64,000 bases of DNA from Amoeboaphelidium protococcarum X5 (lineage: Eukaryota; Fungi; Aphelidiomycota): contig JALDTO010000179.1 of the NCBI GenBank assembly GCA_023515725.1, positions 392,053 to 456,052 on the forward strand, written 5' to 3'. The position numbers were made by a program, and so were the translations under genes. Below the pieces are notes generated by a model. That model searched no databases. It saw only the letters and a list, made by a program, of their open reading frames with translations, and had not been told where the DNA came from. This document shows positions 26,749 through 40,939 of the stretch, one piece after another. Numbering within the stretch: position 1 is the first letter of the stretch; every line of letters starts with the position of its first letter.

Positions 26749-29211
26749 TCACTATAAAGCTACAGGTGCGTGAGATTAATAAGCACCTTTCTTGTTACCA
26801 CTATTGCTGAACAGCAAAATTGCCTTCTGCTTCTTCTTCTTTTTCCCCTTCTGCTACTGCTACTACTACTCCTACTACTACTGATGATCTTGGTCTTGAC
26901 CAGTTGCGTTATCACCAACATTAGCGTTAACCTCTGCTGCTGCAAGATTACTATGTGACTAGGATGATTACTGGGCCATCATGGCATATTCAACATGTAG
27001 ATTCTCGTCTTTGCCTTCATTGCAATTATTCAACCCGGTAATTGACGCAAAAGACTTATTCTTACGGCTGGATCCGTGCTTAGGTGGACTCATACCATTT
27101 GAAGGTGGCGTGAGACCAACATCCATCTACGGGAACAGCTCATTATAAGAGCGCGGACGAGCCTTCTTTGCGTATGAGTTGGATTAAATCATACTACTAC
27201 TACTACTATTATTGTTGCTGTTGCTATAACTATTATTTACATTTTTTTAATTTTTCTTATCATTGCCAAAATTAACACTAGACTAATTCCATACCAGAGG
27301 ACCACCAGACTTACTAGATTGCGATACTGGGCTCAATGGAAGAGGCTACCATGCACTTTCATCGTCAAAATCAAACATTTCCACATGAGTCCTGGCACTA
27401 CCAATGCCACCCTCAAATCTCGTCAGCTCATCCAAATTCACAGAATCATTAGATTTAGACTATTGCTTCTTGTTCTTTCTAGCAGATTACTCCTCCTTCC
27501 TCTTTTTCTATTCATGACGATTCTGACGACTATCCAGTTCAGACTACCAATGGCTAATCTATTCATCAGTCAAAATTGGCGTCAATTCATCACTAATATC
27601 TCCTGCAAGATACTTTTCAGTGTACACTCCACTTTAATTATCGTTCTTCATCAACTATTACCTGCATAGAACAGGCTTCTTCCAATCGAGTTCTATGAAT
27701 GATACATCACATCCTAGGGGAAGATGTCCCAGATAACGATATTTCTTTCGAACTTCCTCAGTCATTGTGGTCTCAGTCACCACACTGATTGTGGCATAAA
27801 TCTCATGCGGAAAGTCTTGATACTCGCCAAAGGCACTTTTGATAATTTTAATATCCAACGGGTGAAGAAATGAATATTGACCATCAGAGCATTGGTAGAA
27901 ATAATAAGTACCATCTAAAGGACCCTTTGATGCATTGATGCCGTACTTAAATCCTTGACTACTCAACTACTTCTACTCACCTGACAATACAACGCTTTTA
28001 CGACTCGACAGAGATGACGTGGACGCACCATCCGATAATGACTATGCGCCGCCAGAACTGCCAGTCTCCACCTACTCCTGAATACTGCTCTCTATATCCG
28101 CAAAAGGATCCTCCATCACCGAGGCCTTGATCGTTATACTGGCCGAAGGTGGTAATTGTAAATCCTCCAAAACTGGAGCATTAGATGGCAGAGATGAGCT
28201 CAGTTGGCGAACATCTAGCATAGACGACATCTTTGCGTTATGATGATCAGTTTGTGAGAGCAGTGCTGGCGAATGCTGCAGCAAAACTCTCTCCCTCTCC
28301 TTCTGCTCACTGATAGCCATCTCCAGGTACATCGCCTCATCGTTCTCATTAGCACTCTATGCCTCATGCAGCAAAAACTCCAATTACACAATCTCCGGCA
28401 TAATGATGTGATGTAAAATGACACTGGGGTACGCGACCAACACCTTTGACCACTTTATCAAATTCATATCCCAATCCTGCTGCAGCTTTGGCATACTAGA
28501 GTTAGCCCACTTGGAGTAATTAAACTTTGGCAGAGTGGTAATACTAGCATTCGATCGCTGCATCAAAGTCATTGCCACCACTGGCTACCTACTAATGCCA
28601 TCAATCTTTTGCGTCTTGCTGTAATCACTGCATTGAATCACCTGACAAGATTTCAAATCTTTACTGCAAACTGAGTCATGACAGAGGGGACACTTTACAC
28701 GCATAGAATCAACAATGGACAGATAATGCAGAATGCAACTATAGCAAAATACATGACCACACTTTCCCATCTTTGGCACTGAGGGCGGGCACAGACAGAT
28801 GGGACACTGAATATCATCAGGCTGAGCAGCCAGCTGTAAGACCAATTCCACATTGCTCCAAGTGACCAATTGATCAGGATTCATATCCTTACCAAATTCA
28901 TCAGTTTTCACCACAAACCGGTAATTGGCATTAACAAATCTCTCCTTCACATACGGCTAGTGATTAACTTTCTTATGGTTATTATGTCTACCGGAATTAA
29001 ACTACTGAGAATGACTTGGCTAACGTGGAGGCAGAGTGAAATTGAGCAGATGATTAGCGGAGATACCCTTCTTGGACGGAGTGGATGAAGACTACAGCTG
29101 ACCACCAGAATTTCTCACCTCACCGTGAGAGCCATCACCCTTCTACTCTCTCGCCGCTTAAACACTACCATTATTATTCGGTAACTGTGACTACTTTTTA
29201 CTTTGCGGCAT
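26749..29211 (-). CDS. RING E3 ubiquitin ligase RNF10/Mag2
   Basis: NHLLNFTLPPR, KERFVNANYRFVV, C3HC4 RING (CPIC..CGHVFCYSC..CPLC), YYFYQCSDGQYSFLHPLD, KKYRYLGHLP, C-terminal KKQKAILLFSNSG; 821 codons. Confidence 0.93.
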
Positions 29212-29852
29212 TGATAAAATGACAGCAACTATGCAAATCCTATGTGATAAGCGACCGATAACGATGGACGGGGGAGATGATGACAGATGGATAGAGCAAT
29301 GATAGATAGAATGGGATGACCAATCTATCAAGATCAATGGAATTAGAGGGGACTGCTGGAAAACAATAATAGGTGGGGTTTACCGGATGGCAAACGTATA
29401 GTAGTAATAAAAGGGAAAAGAGAAACAAAGCTTGGTGATGATCATAAGCTTCTGTGATTGTTTTTTTTTCGTTTCTCGTCGTTGCTGATCAGCTGACGTT
29501 CTCGCTGTAGGCCATCACAACGGTGCTTAGCGCGATGATAAAAATAAACTTTGGCTAGGTACATGGGTTTCGGTACTCAATTTAATCACAACAATAATGA
29601 AGATAATTGTATAAAAGCCACTATGAATTCTGTCCCATTGAGCAAGTCTTGAAATGAAATGAATATGGAAATCAATTGGCAGTCTGTGTGTCCATTCTAT
29701 CGGTCTTTTGTTGGTTGTTTCATGTGATATAAACCAGGAGCAGAATTGTATGATACGAAACGAATATACATAGTCCATTCAACAACTGATAATATTATAT
29801 ATATTTGAATGAGTCGTGAATATGAAGTGTTAACCGACAACGCAGCTATTGA

Positions 29853-30640
29853 TCAGATTACATTAAGCTTGGATATCAGGTTGAGCTGTTCTTCAGTGTT
29901 GTCGCAGTCAGCAAAAGAATAGGAATTCTCTTATCTACCTGTATCATCAACGTCTGAGCCGGAGTCACTTCTGGCAGTATCGTCTTGGGCATCACTTTTA
30001 ACGTCAATAGCTTCGCAACTGCTTTTTTAAATGAGCATCGATATTGTACATTCCTACAAACTTACAACAATTAAGACAGCATCCTTAGGACCTATCGCGA
30101 GCAAGTGAATTGTGAATAGCAATCAGATCACAAGAAGGCCTAGATTCCGAATTGCCAGACAAATCAATCTTCGTTATATCATTCTTGTGTATCCATCACT
30201 CATACTGGACAATGACGCGTCCAGCATCATCAAACATCCACTAAAATAAATCATAACTTTGATTCAAGTCTTTCCGCAATAAAATGCCATTCTTTGGAGA
30301 ATACTCGAGATCGCGACTTATGAGCTGTAATTAAGATAAGGGCACTATGTGCGTTGCAACCAATTAGTTAAGATCACTTTCTCCAGATGCAACACAACAT
30401 CCGTCTCGTTTGATCAACGCGTCTCTCATCTTTGAAATGACCTTCTTCTAACGATTTACGTGCCGACCTGTAGATCAAACGCCGCTTTAGGAAAATGAAC
30501 GACAAGAACTTTTTGGTGATACAGAAATATCCAATGATTCTACACTAATAAATTGAAATTAAAACTTGATAATGCAATTGAAACTTACCGCTAGAGTTGG
30601 CAGAGGGAATCTGTGATACCCGTCGACTTTGCGTTTCCAT
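29853..30640 (-). pseudogene. HNH endonuclease (HNH_2-type) pseudogene with C-terminal C2HC finger; intron 30540..30588
   Basis: RDGCCVASG..LVATHIVP..SPKNGILLRKDL..YD..W...RPS..LIAIH. In-frame TGA at 30475-30477 and 30196-30198, plus an apparent frameshift in the A-run near 30025. Confidence 0.75.
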
Positions 30641-31163
30641 CTTGAGTTTTATTATCTCCGTAAGATCATGCTGAGCTTATGCAAGTCTGTTTTCGACAGA
30701 TAATAGAAGTAATTTACTCGTGTCAAACATAAATTTAAAGCATCTATGGTTTATTCAGGCTATCTATCTTTGATAGCAATCAATAATTTTTTTTAGCTTC
30801 AGTCAACTATACTCTGGCTTAAATTCTATCTTACTTAATGTCTGTTATAAGAGCCTTTAAGTAATCCACGTCCTGTTCCAACCCCATTGTTTAAACGAGA
30901 TTAAACGTTTTGACTTTTTCAAATGTGTAGAGAGTTTTTCTGTTAAGAGATGAACATATGAAACAAATTGTAATATAATCAAATCTCACATAAGTTGAAA
31001 ATGCAGCTATTGATCCATTTCCATCGTCCAATCAGACCGTTTCAAATCAGATTCGATCGCGTTTCACAAACAGCCAACATTAATTTCAACCTTCTTCTAC
31101 CATTCTGCCGTTTAATCCGCTCATCAAGTCATAATATCTGCAACTGTTATTCTCTTATGAAAT

Positions 31164-33992
31164 ATGGACAATCACAGTAAGAGAAAGGGATAGTATATTA
31201 AAAGTTCAAGCAACACCAAGCAAGGGGATCAGATTAGTAGTGATACAGTGGCGCGTATTCGTCAAATGTCGCGTATCAATGCAGGTAATGTGGAAAAGGC
31301 TGCTCAGCTACGGGAGAAAGGTAATCAGAATGTATCTACCGGATAAAATTCATCCACCTCCTCTCTCAAGAAACGATACTCATAGTTTCAGGATAGCAAC
31401 AAGCACGTCGTGTCTCCACTGAATCACCCAGATTGTCATGATGGTGATGAAGATGACGAGGAAGTAGATTATTAGTCTGTGGTTGAGACATACGAGGAAA
31501 TGGACCAGTCATAATAAGAGCCTGAGAGGCAGAATAATGTCAGATAATCCGACATGTCAAATTAACGCAGAGGCAACGATACATCTCAGCCAAAAAAGTC
31601 TAATCTGAGAAAGCTATTCACACGGCAAGAGTCTACAGAGACTGCGTATAATTCCAATAGTCGTCCTTCTGGTGGTGGCGAACGCGAAAAGTAATCGCGA
31701 GATTTGAAACAGAAACCGAGCGTGACTTTTGCCCCTCCTGAAGATGATTCTGATGAAGACTCTGAAGATGATGCTCTGTCAGTAATTCTGGATTAGGCCG
31801 AGTCTAATGAGTAAGTTAACCGAGAGCTGTTTGCTCGCAAGCAAAAGACTTTGAATGAACAAGGATGGACGAAGTTGATTTTGTCCTGGTTGTGGAAGTT
31901 TTTCAAGTATGCATTCGTCAGCTTATTGATTCTATCCCCTGGCACAGTGTGCTTCCTATTAAATGAAGAGCGTTGCAACATTATGGAGGTTAGTCTTCTA
32001 AGATGGTGTTTTCTGATTGTTTCATTGGTGTTTGGATACTTTATCGCTGATTTCGCCGTGTTTCTGGCCATGATGATCATCAAGAGAACTCCTGTTGTGG
32101 GTACGTAATACTTTTATTTCATCAGCAAAGTTTCTACTCCGGCAAAGTTATGGCTGACTCAAGTGTTTGTATCCACCGCGTATCAGATTCTGTTTACTGG
32201 TACCATCTTGAAGGAACCTGGCTCTAAGTATCAGTACGAAGCAAAGATTATTGAGTCTATCATCACGTGTGCTCTGGTCAGCTCTATCGCGTTTCTGATC
32301 AAGTCTCTGCTTAGTCGCTTCATTGCTATCAATTTCCATCGTGGTGCGTATTATCGGCGTATTAAGAATGCGCTGCTGTCAGAATATGTCATTATGTCTC
32401 TGCTCAAACCAGATGAAAAGAAGCGTGGATTTAATTTTTATGATAATGTTAAATCGCTTATCAAAAATGAGGCCCAAGTTCTGGCTCGTGCGATTAATCA
32501 ACTACCCAAAGGTGGGAAGGAGGATGTCGATCTGGTGACCAATCGCCTTCCTATTACGGAAGAGCAACTTCTGGACAAGACTCCCTTCACGAATATTAAG
32601 CTCGCCGCCTATGTTGAGTTTATCAAACGTAATGAGTTGAATCTGAAGGAGGGAATCTTTAAGAAGATAATCCTTAAAGAGTACACTGACAGCGGTCGCC
32701 ATATACTTGATGAATTCATCGACGGTTAGCCAACAAGCACCGTCAATTACGAAAGGGTGCTGGAGAATCTGACCAATGGTTAATGTACCCGACTCGTCGC
32801 CAAGATGCTGTACGGAAGACTACTACCAGAGAAGGCTCATGTGGTAATCCTGGCAGATTTCTACAGAATGCTAAATCCTGAGGTGGCTCAGAATGCATTC
32901 CAGCAGTTTGACGGCAATTGGAATAATGAGCTGACTGAACGCGATTTTATCAGTACTTTGCACAAAATCTGTCGTGAGAGAACAGCTTTACGTTCTGCAT
33001 TGAATGATGCTGAAACTGCCATAAGCAAGCTGGACAATGCAATAACTGGTTTCCTGATGCTAGTCCTTTTAATTGTATATTTCATTATATTTGGAAGTAA
33101 TCCGCAGACAGTTCTCACCACAGTCTCGTCTTTCTTGTTGGCCAGTGCATTCGCTATTGGTAATTCCGCAAAAGTGCTACTGGATAGTATCGTGTTCCTC
33201 TTTGTCACTCATCCTTTCGATATTGGCGACCGAGTGGTGATTAATGATGTCACCTTCACCGTTGTTAAAATGTCTCTGCTCACCTGCCAGTTCAGAAGAT
33301 TCGATAATACCATCGTCTTCTTTTCCAACGCTGTGTTGTCGCAACTGCCAATCTGTAATTTGAGAAGATCTCCTGATCAGTTTGATGTCATCAAGATTCA
33401 AGTGGCCATCACTACACCCACGTCAGTACTGCGTCAATTTGAGTCCAAGATTGGTGCTTACCTGGATAAGAATCCTTCCCATTTCTACAAAAAGTTTGAG
33501 ATTGAATACCGCGAGGTGGAGAATACTAACCGCTTGCTCATGAGACTGTGGGTTCAACATCGCTCCAACTTTCAGAATGTCAGGCGTTACAGGGAAAGGC
33601 ATGGTAGACTGATACTGAGAATCAAGAGAGCCTGTCAGAATTTGGGCATTGATTACGAACTACCTGCTCAAACTGTAACTCATCAAATGCATCCAACTCT
33701 GGCAGATGTCATTGTCAGTGGGACTCCAATGAGCAATGATGCTGCGTACAATGCTCAGAGAAACTTACAACAGGATGATATTACATCTATGAAGATTCCG
33801 AAAGCCAAAAAGTTGACTGATATCTCATCATCTGGTAACAGATCTTCCTCTCAAGGTCCCGATAATGTAGGCGATGTGTACGGTGAACCAAGTCCTATCA
33901 CGGCCTTCAGCTCTGCATTGCAACCTCCACCTCCTCTGATGAAGCGATTCTCTGTTCCAAGCACCCTGAACAATGGCAACAAGAAGCCTTGA
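31164..33992 (+). CDS. MscS-like mechanosensitive channel (Msy1/Msy2-type, EF-hand-like motif)
   Basis: 943 codons: acidic disordered N-terminus, TM helices, AFQQFDGNWNNELTERDF, FLFVTHPFDIGDRVVI, NLRRS. Confidence 0.92.
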
Positions 33993-34355
33993 TGCTTTAT
34001 TTATCTAAATTAATGTACATAGTGAAATATCAAATATCACTATTGAGAAATGTTTAATATAATATTAATGTTTTTATAACGCGTTAAGATGATCTAGCAT
34101 GAATACTTGTTCTTGACATACATGTATTGCCCTATCAACTACAGCATCAAAATCTTTAAGTATATTAATTACTGAGTATCTAGCCTTAAACAACTAGACT
34201 ATATCTGGACTCAGTGCAAAATCGAATGTATAAAAGATGAGACAACAACTACTAGTGGCCGAATCATCGCTGTCCATTGATCATTTGCCCCTTTTAGATA
34301 AAATGTAATGCTGAAATTATACTCATCTCTTCCTCTCTCAAGATCATCCAATCAC

Positions 34356-35582
34356 ATGCAGAAAATGACCATTAAAAGATTAAAAGTGAAATCATTTGAA
34401 TAAAGGGTGGATTACAAGAATAAACCATATATATCTTATCAGATTGAAGTTATTACAGAGACTAAATTATGGGTTGTCTGGCATCGATACAGCGAGTTTG
34501 ATCAGCTGGCACGAGTGTTATCTGCCGATTTCGGACCATTATCTAATGCTTCTCTACCTCCCAAATCATCGATATTATCCCCATTCTCTGGCACTAGCAA
34601 TAGATTGAATGAAAAGAGTCGTGATCAATTAGAAAGGCGGCGCGTCTGCTTGGATGAATGGCTCTAGTACATTGCTCTCTATAAAGATGATCCAATTGCG
34701 ACACGGTGGCGAGATAGCGAAAGGTGGAAAGATTTTATTGGACTGAACTAGAATGAGCATTATGGTATCTAGTAGTAATCCACTTCTTCTAGTGTTAAGC
34801 GAAAGGCGGATGCAACTGGGGACAATTACAGAGATGATATGGACGATTTTGCAGATGCACTGAATGAGATATAAAAGACTCTGGCTTCATTAGAGCGATA
34901 AGTTGCTGAGAAGTAAGAGAATACTCAAGCAGATACTCAGGGTGTCGTCGCGTCATCTCTCCCCATGTCCATCAGGTCTTATATTCCATAGTTGAATAGT
35001 AGTTAAAGCGGCGATCTGTAATAATCTTCCATGATCTCAAGGTAATTAAACGATTGCAGAAAGAACCTTCTCAGCATTGGTCACCGGTTAAAGTAGATTG
35101 ATTATCACCTCCAGGATGTTACATATATCGAGCAGTAGAAGCTCTCTGATAAAGAAGTTATACGGCGATTGGACGTGATTTAGAACTTGAATCGATAGAA
35201 AGATTCTCTCCTGGAATAAGTTTCTTCTATCAGGTCTCTAGTCAACAATGCATCTGGAGATTAAAGTGCTGAAAGACGCGAACTACTCGACGTATCATCA
35301 TCTTATGCTCCATCATCTGTTCGGATATTTGGTAAAAGCGCCGCGGAAATTGAAAAGATGGACAATAGAGACCTGTAGGATCATAGCGTGCAAGTCATCG
35401 CAAGTCAAGATTAGTAGTTGGATGTCTTGCTTTAATCCATCAGGCGATAAAAGCAGGTTGGAATCGCAATTTCAGATGAATTAGACGTTCAAAAGGCCAT
35501 GATTGATGATCTCGATGCTGGCGTCGATAGAACTCAAGCCCGTGTCTCTGGCATATCTACTCAGATTAAAAAGTTATTGTGA
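34356..35582 (+). CDS. VAM7: Vam7-like PX-domain Qc-SNARE without TM anchor
   Basis: N-terminal PX (YISYQIEV..VWHRYSEFDQL..LPPK..LERRRVCLDEWL) and C-terminal Qc SNARE (QDQQLDVLLQSIRRQKQVGIAISDELDVQ), no TM; 409 codons. Confidence 0.88.
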
Positions 35583-35662
35583 ATTTTGACATAAATTGGA
35601 GGTTTTTTATTGTTCGATACATTTAAAAGGACGAGTGAATTCAATAGAATATTACAGTTTAT

Positions 35663-36689
35663 TCACAAGTCAACAATGTCAGTTATATCGGTACGAACTA
35701 CGCGTTTTTGTAGAGTATCGCTGCTACCTCCTTAAGCACTATTAGAGTTGGATCCAGAGATTGAATTTCCCTTCTACTATGAACTATTCTACGACGTGAC
35801 TTGCTCAAGTAGATCATCCCTTCGCTGAGTCCATTCCTTAACTTGCTCTTTCACCTTCTCTAACGCCCGATTAAGCTAATCTTATTCCATATCCTCAGTC
35901 CGTTCATTAATTCCCGACTGAATACATTTCAACCTCTTCACATCTCTTAGATCACCACCACCGTCTTTCTATTGTTCCGATTCTTCAGGTGGATCAACAA
36001 ACACCAATTCTTCGTATCGCTCATACAGTACATCTGTGGATTATTACTATTACTATTATTATTCAAGATCTGTACTATTTTATCCCGCTTAAGTGCCACC
36101 ATCCATCGCTGTTGCCGCCAACTACTTCCCTGTCTGCTAATCAAACTGATACAACTTTAGCAGATGCGGCAACTTTACACTCTTCAGCCTCTTGTCTTTG
36201 AAATGCAATTCTATTATAGATTCAAACTCTCCCTACATATACAAGTAATGCAATGTTAGAGGTCAGATGCCTATAAGCATCAATGAATAGTCTTACCCAT
36301 CCAGATTCAATAACTTCAAAGGGAGGATTAGTAATGACGCGCTTGGGCTAATTAAATGATGGGTGTAGATGAAATGTGACATGGGATATGTATCCAAAAT
36401 GGTCATCATCTTCATGCGGCTGTATAAACAACTTCCACTTGTGCGTATGACCGTCAGGAACGTCTGATTTCAGCACAATATTCTTCTATTTCACATCTTT
36501 ATTATTATTATCATGAGACTATATATTCTTCTATGAATCAATCTTTTAAGAGAATGAGCCATAGATTATCTTTTTAATATTCTGCGACTTTCTTAATAAT
36601 GAACTTGACACTGGTGGTGGGATGGATGACTTTCTACCTCTTGGTGCTCCCACAGACTTTCGCTTCTTTTGCTAAGCAGATTCTTCCAT
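35663..36689 (-). CDS. YAF9: YEATS-domain protein Yaf9/GAS41-like; intron 36233..36296
   Basis: [54 protein letters not shown], C-terminal coiled coil. Confidence 0.88.
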
Positions 36690-36995
36690 ACTTGCAGTAA
36701 TAATTAACAAGTTTTATAATTGAGATTAGAGTGTAAGAGAACGAATCTTGTTTTATAAAATTGTATAGCTGAAGAAAGGCAAAGAGTAAGAGAATCCTCT
36801 GGTTAAGGAAGAGTCAAGGCGTGTGGCCCCTATTGAACTTTCCTCTCTTCAACACACGTTTACGAACAGAGCGCTCCTTCTTCTTCTTCACTTCTTTAGC
36901 TTCTCCTTCTTTACCTTCGCACGCGTTGCATCGGAATATTGATAATATTGTAATCTTTATACAAAGTACACCCTACTCTATTATAGATCAAAGAA

Positions 36996-38624
36996 ATGAC
37001 AGTGACGCACTAGAAGCGAAAGTACAATATTGATAAGCGTAAGTCTTTAATATGTCATCGTTATCATTCACTCCATACATGTTTTAATCATTCATTTAAA
37101 TGTGTAGCGGAGCTGGGTGGTATCAAGTATCATTGTGACTCTTGTAAGAGGGATATTACTAATACGGTGCGGGTGAAGTGCGGCGAGTGTACAGAGGTAG
37201 ATTTTGATTTATGTGTGGATTGCTTCAGGAGAGGAGTCGAGATTGGAGATCATAAGAAGCATCATGACTATCGGCTATTTGATCGCTACTCCTACCCGGT
37301 GCTGGATGCCTAATGGGGTGCCGATGAGGAGTGGTTGCTCGTGGAAGGTATCATTCAGTATGGTCTTGGTAATTGGGCGGATATTGCTGATCATGTTGGT
37401 ACTAAAAGTCTTGAACAATGCCGTGATCATTATCTGAAATTCTATATCAAATCCAGTAGATATCCGCTGCCTAATTTTGATATTGAATTAAATCAGAAGC
37501 GCGTTGATGCCATCCATAAGTAGCGGATGAACTCTATTGCTGAGCAGGTGCGTAAGTAGCAGATGAATGTCATCCCTCCTATGAAGCCAAAGGTTGCACC
37601 TAGTCAGCCGGCTAATCATGAGATTCAAGGTTATATGGCTGGGCGGCGAGAGTTTGATGTGGAGCCAGAGAATGACGCAGAATAAATTATGAAGGATATG
37701 GTGTTCAATGACGATGATATGGCTGTGGAAGTTGAATTGAAGCTGGCGATATTGGATATTTACAACAGCAGGATTGAGAAGAGGGTGGACCGGAAGGCTT
37801 TCATATTTAAACATGGTCTTTTGTAGTTTAAAGCACATCAGGCTGCTGAGAAAAAGAAGTCTAAAGAGGAGAAGGAGATTAGTGGAAAGACTAAGCTATT
37901 TGCACCTTTGATGAGTCTATCTGATTATTAGTCTTTGAATGAAGGACTCTTGATTGAATAGCAGTTAAGAGAGAGGATCGCGGTGCTGTAAGAGTATAGA
38001 AAAATGGGTATCAGGACATTTTAAGATGCCGATTAATATGAATTTGAGAAGAAACATAGATCGAGGTCTTCATCTATTGGAATCTTGCCAGGTGCGGCAT
38101 CGCTTTAATCTAAAGGTATGAGCTCAGGTGGATTAAAGAGTAGCAGTAGTCGCCTGAGTATTAGGACGTCGATGGAGCCTCCCTAGTAGTCTGGTTAAAT
38201 GATGGATATTGATACGCCAATATAATCAACAAGCGGTCAGTTTGGCTCGAAATCTCCAAATGCTGCATCTTATCCAAATGATTAGAAGGCAGGCGGTGGT
38301 GGTGGTGGTAAAAGTTCTGGTAAATCTCTATCCAAACCGTAATCTTCCAGTTCTCCGTTTTGCGTCACTAAACTTGATGGTTATGAGCTTTTGACTCTCA
38401 GCGAGCAGGAGTTATGTGAGCAATTACGTATCTCGCCCAAGGATTACATGGTGATTAAGCATAATATACTTCGCGAATGTGAGCGGAGAGGTGGACTTAA
38501 ACTCGCCGACGCTTAGGATATCCTGCGGATTGATGTCAATAAGATTGGACGCGTCTTTGATTTCTTTAAATGCAAAGGCTGGCTCTATGAACCGCAAGGA
38601 AGTTCTTCTATTGTAAGTTTATGA
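36996..38624 (+). CDS. ADA2: Transcriptional adaptor Ada2 (ZZ, SANT, SWIRM); intron 37039..37107
   Basis: [59 protein letters not shown] ([13 protein letters not shown]). Confidence 0.95.
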
Positions 38625-38707
38625 GAATGTCTGTATTATAAAGCACTCAATATTATTGTATTTCTAAATAGTCAATAGTCGTCTTAGCCATTAGAAAATC
38701 AAGTTCT

Positions 38708-40939
38708 TCAACCATACTTCATGAGAACCTTCTTTTTCTTTTTACTACTACCATCTTCACTATTTTGAAGTTGTTCAATCTACCGCTCGATAATCTCAGT
38801 TTGAGTAAGCATCGTCTACTCACCATTTAATCGAGATGCCGCCGAACCATCCCAAGCGTTCTATGGTTAAGATTTAACAGGCTTGACAGGAAATCTATTC
38901 TTTTTCGGTGGAGCTGCAGGTAGATCAGGGAAATCAGAGGATGATTATTTGGCTTACGACTTCTTTGACGCGGGCTTTGAATATGACACCGATGAGATAC
39001 TCGACGACGAAGACTGTCTGGTATTATTATTATAACTGCTACTGCCATTAGAGCCAAGTGCAGGAAATGATTCAGCAGTAAACTTTTGGCTCTACTATAC
39101 CCGAGAGGACATGGGTGGAGACGATGCACGATCAACTCTATTTCCATTACTAGCAGATGTCGGAGATTATTTGGAACCATTAGTAACAGGTTTATTAGTG
39201 GTCAGAGGAATAGCTATTTTAACTTTGGTTCCAATGGAATCCCTCTTCTCAGTCCCATCAGGATTAAATCTAGCAGGAGAAATGTTGCTCGTAGTAGAAG
39301 GTTATTTCTTTCCCCAAACTGAAGTTGCAGCTGAACTTTACTTATTTCTGCCTTTATTAGAAGAAGCTGACCCGACATGAGAGCTTTTAATGCTCAAAAT
39401 CTTGGCTCTCTGTATGGCGTTCAATCCAAGATCCTGCATAGTTTACACTAAATTACTATCATCTCCATTAACCGCGCGCTTATTGCCAGTCCTAAGATCA
39501 GAATCGGCTTAATTCAATCTGGCACGTTTATCATTGTATAAACTTTGCAAATCCGCTCTAAGCCTTGCATGTTCCGGAAACAATTAGATAACCTTCTTGA
39601 ACAAAGACAAGACTTTGTCTTCCACCTTTGAATCCCCGCTTTTGGATCTTAAAGCTGCGGCTGTCTCTAATTGAGAATAAATTTTATCAGGCAACACAAC
39701 ACCTTTCAAATAATTGATGCAATTACTTTTGAACAATTACCACTGATGGGGATCATTGCCCAGCATTTCCACAATCTATGGTACTACCGATTCCTCTTAC
39801 TATTTGATTTTAGAACTCTAAACTAAACGTCTAAAACTGGGCTCCAAAAGTTCTTCGTCCCACAACTTTTTTACTCCTAACGAAGGTTATTGCCTCTACT
39901 ACTCGGATAAACTTTCAGCACTACCATTCCGACTAGAACTGTCACCTCCATTTCCAGTTGATTATGGCGCAGCTGTAGACAACTATCCACCAAAAGACGT
40001 TGGTGCATTCCTAGGCACATTTTGCTACTGATTCTAATGCTAAGACTGCAATGCTTGGGCAGCATTGAAAGCTCTCGGGCCACCCGCTCCTCTACCACGC
40101 CCATCTCTGCCAGAACTAGAATAAGACTAGGATGACTATTATTATTAATCTCCAGCATACTGATAGTCCATATCCAACTTCAAAATTCTTTTAGCCTCAC
40201 TCTTTGACGTTGCATGACACTCGGCAAAGTGAGCCCGTAGATCTATTTCACTTTCAAACACTACAAACTTCTACTCCAGACAAAACTTTTATTTGCACAG
40301 ATAATGCTCAGTGCCAAAATGCTTCTCCAGCTCATCGTAATCACGGAAATACTCGTGCATTATACCGCGCTTCTTACAAATATGACACTACTCATGTCTA
40401 CTGCGACAGTGCTCATACAGTTCATCGGAGGAGTAAAAGTACTTCTAGCAGAACTTACAGAAAGGATGAGTATCTCTCAGATGGTTCTATAAATCTCTGG
40501 GTGAGTAGAGAGTGTGTTCATGAGCAAACACTTTCTTATTCCTGACACAAATTTCACATAAAGACTATCCATGATGTCTCTTGCAGTGCTGCATCAGATC
40601 CAACCAACCATTAGCATCAGTGCCGGCACAATCCACAGCCGGACAGTTGAAATGGAGCAGGAGTAGAATCTCATCACGTATATCTTCATTCTCAAAACAG
40701 ACGCCCAACTTTTAATCCCTAATAAGAGTGTCCAACTTATATCCACTAAACTACTTATCTTCATTACTGGTCCGCGTGTAAATCAAGGCCGATATCTCAG
40801 TCTTGCACAATGCACACTAGTTGTTCTTATAAAGAGCACGCAATCTAAGAGAGCACAAGTGACACACTTCATGATTACACTCTCCAAAAGAGTAAATCTA
40901 AATATCCTCTGTGCAAATTGGGCATAAATCACCACTCAT
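38708..40939 (-). CDS. HEL2: RING E3 ubiquitin ligase Hel2/ZNF598 (ribosome quality control)
   Basis: CPICTE..GECNHEVCHLCSLRLRALY..CALCK followed by C2H2 fingers; C-terminal KKKKVLMKYG; 744 codons. Confidence 0.92.

Noticed and set aside
30196-30198. TGA as selenocysteine or Trp readthrough in the HNH gene
   Set aside because: Not at a Cys or catalytic position, and accompanied by a second TGA and a frameshift. Pseudogene is simpler.
30920-30930. AATGTGTAG acceptor-like motif upstream of MscS
   Set aside because: No convincing donor or coding exon found. It might be a 5' UTR intron, but this is unsupported.
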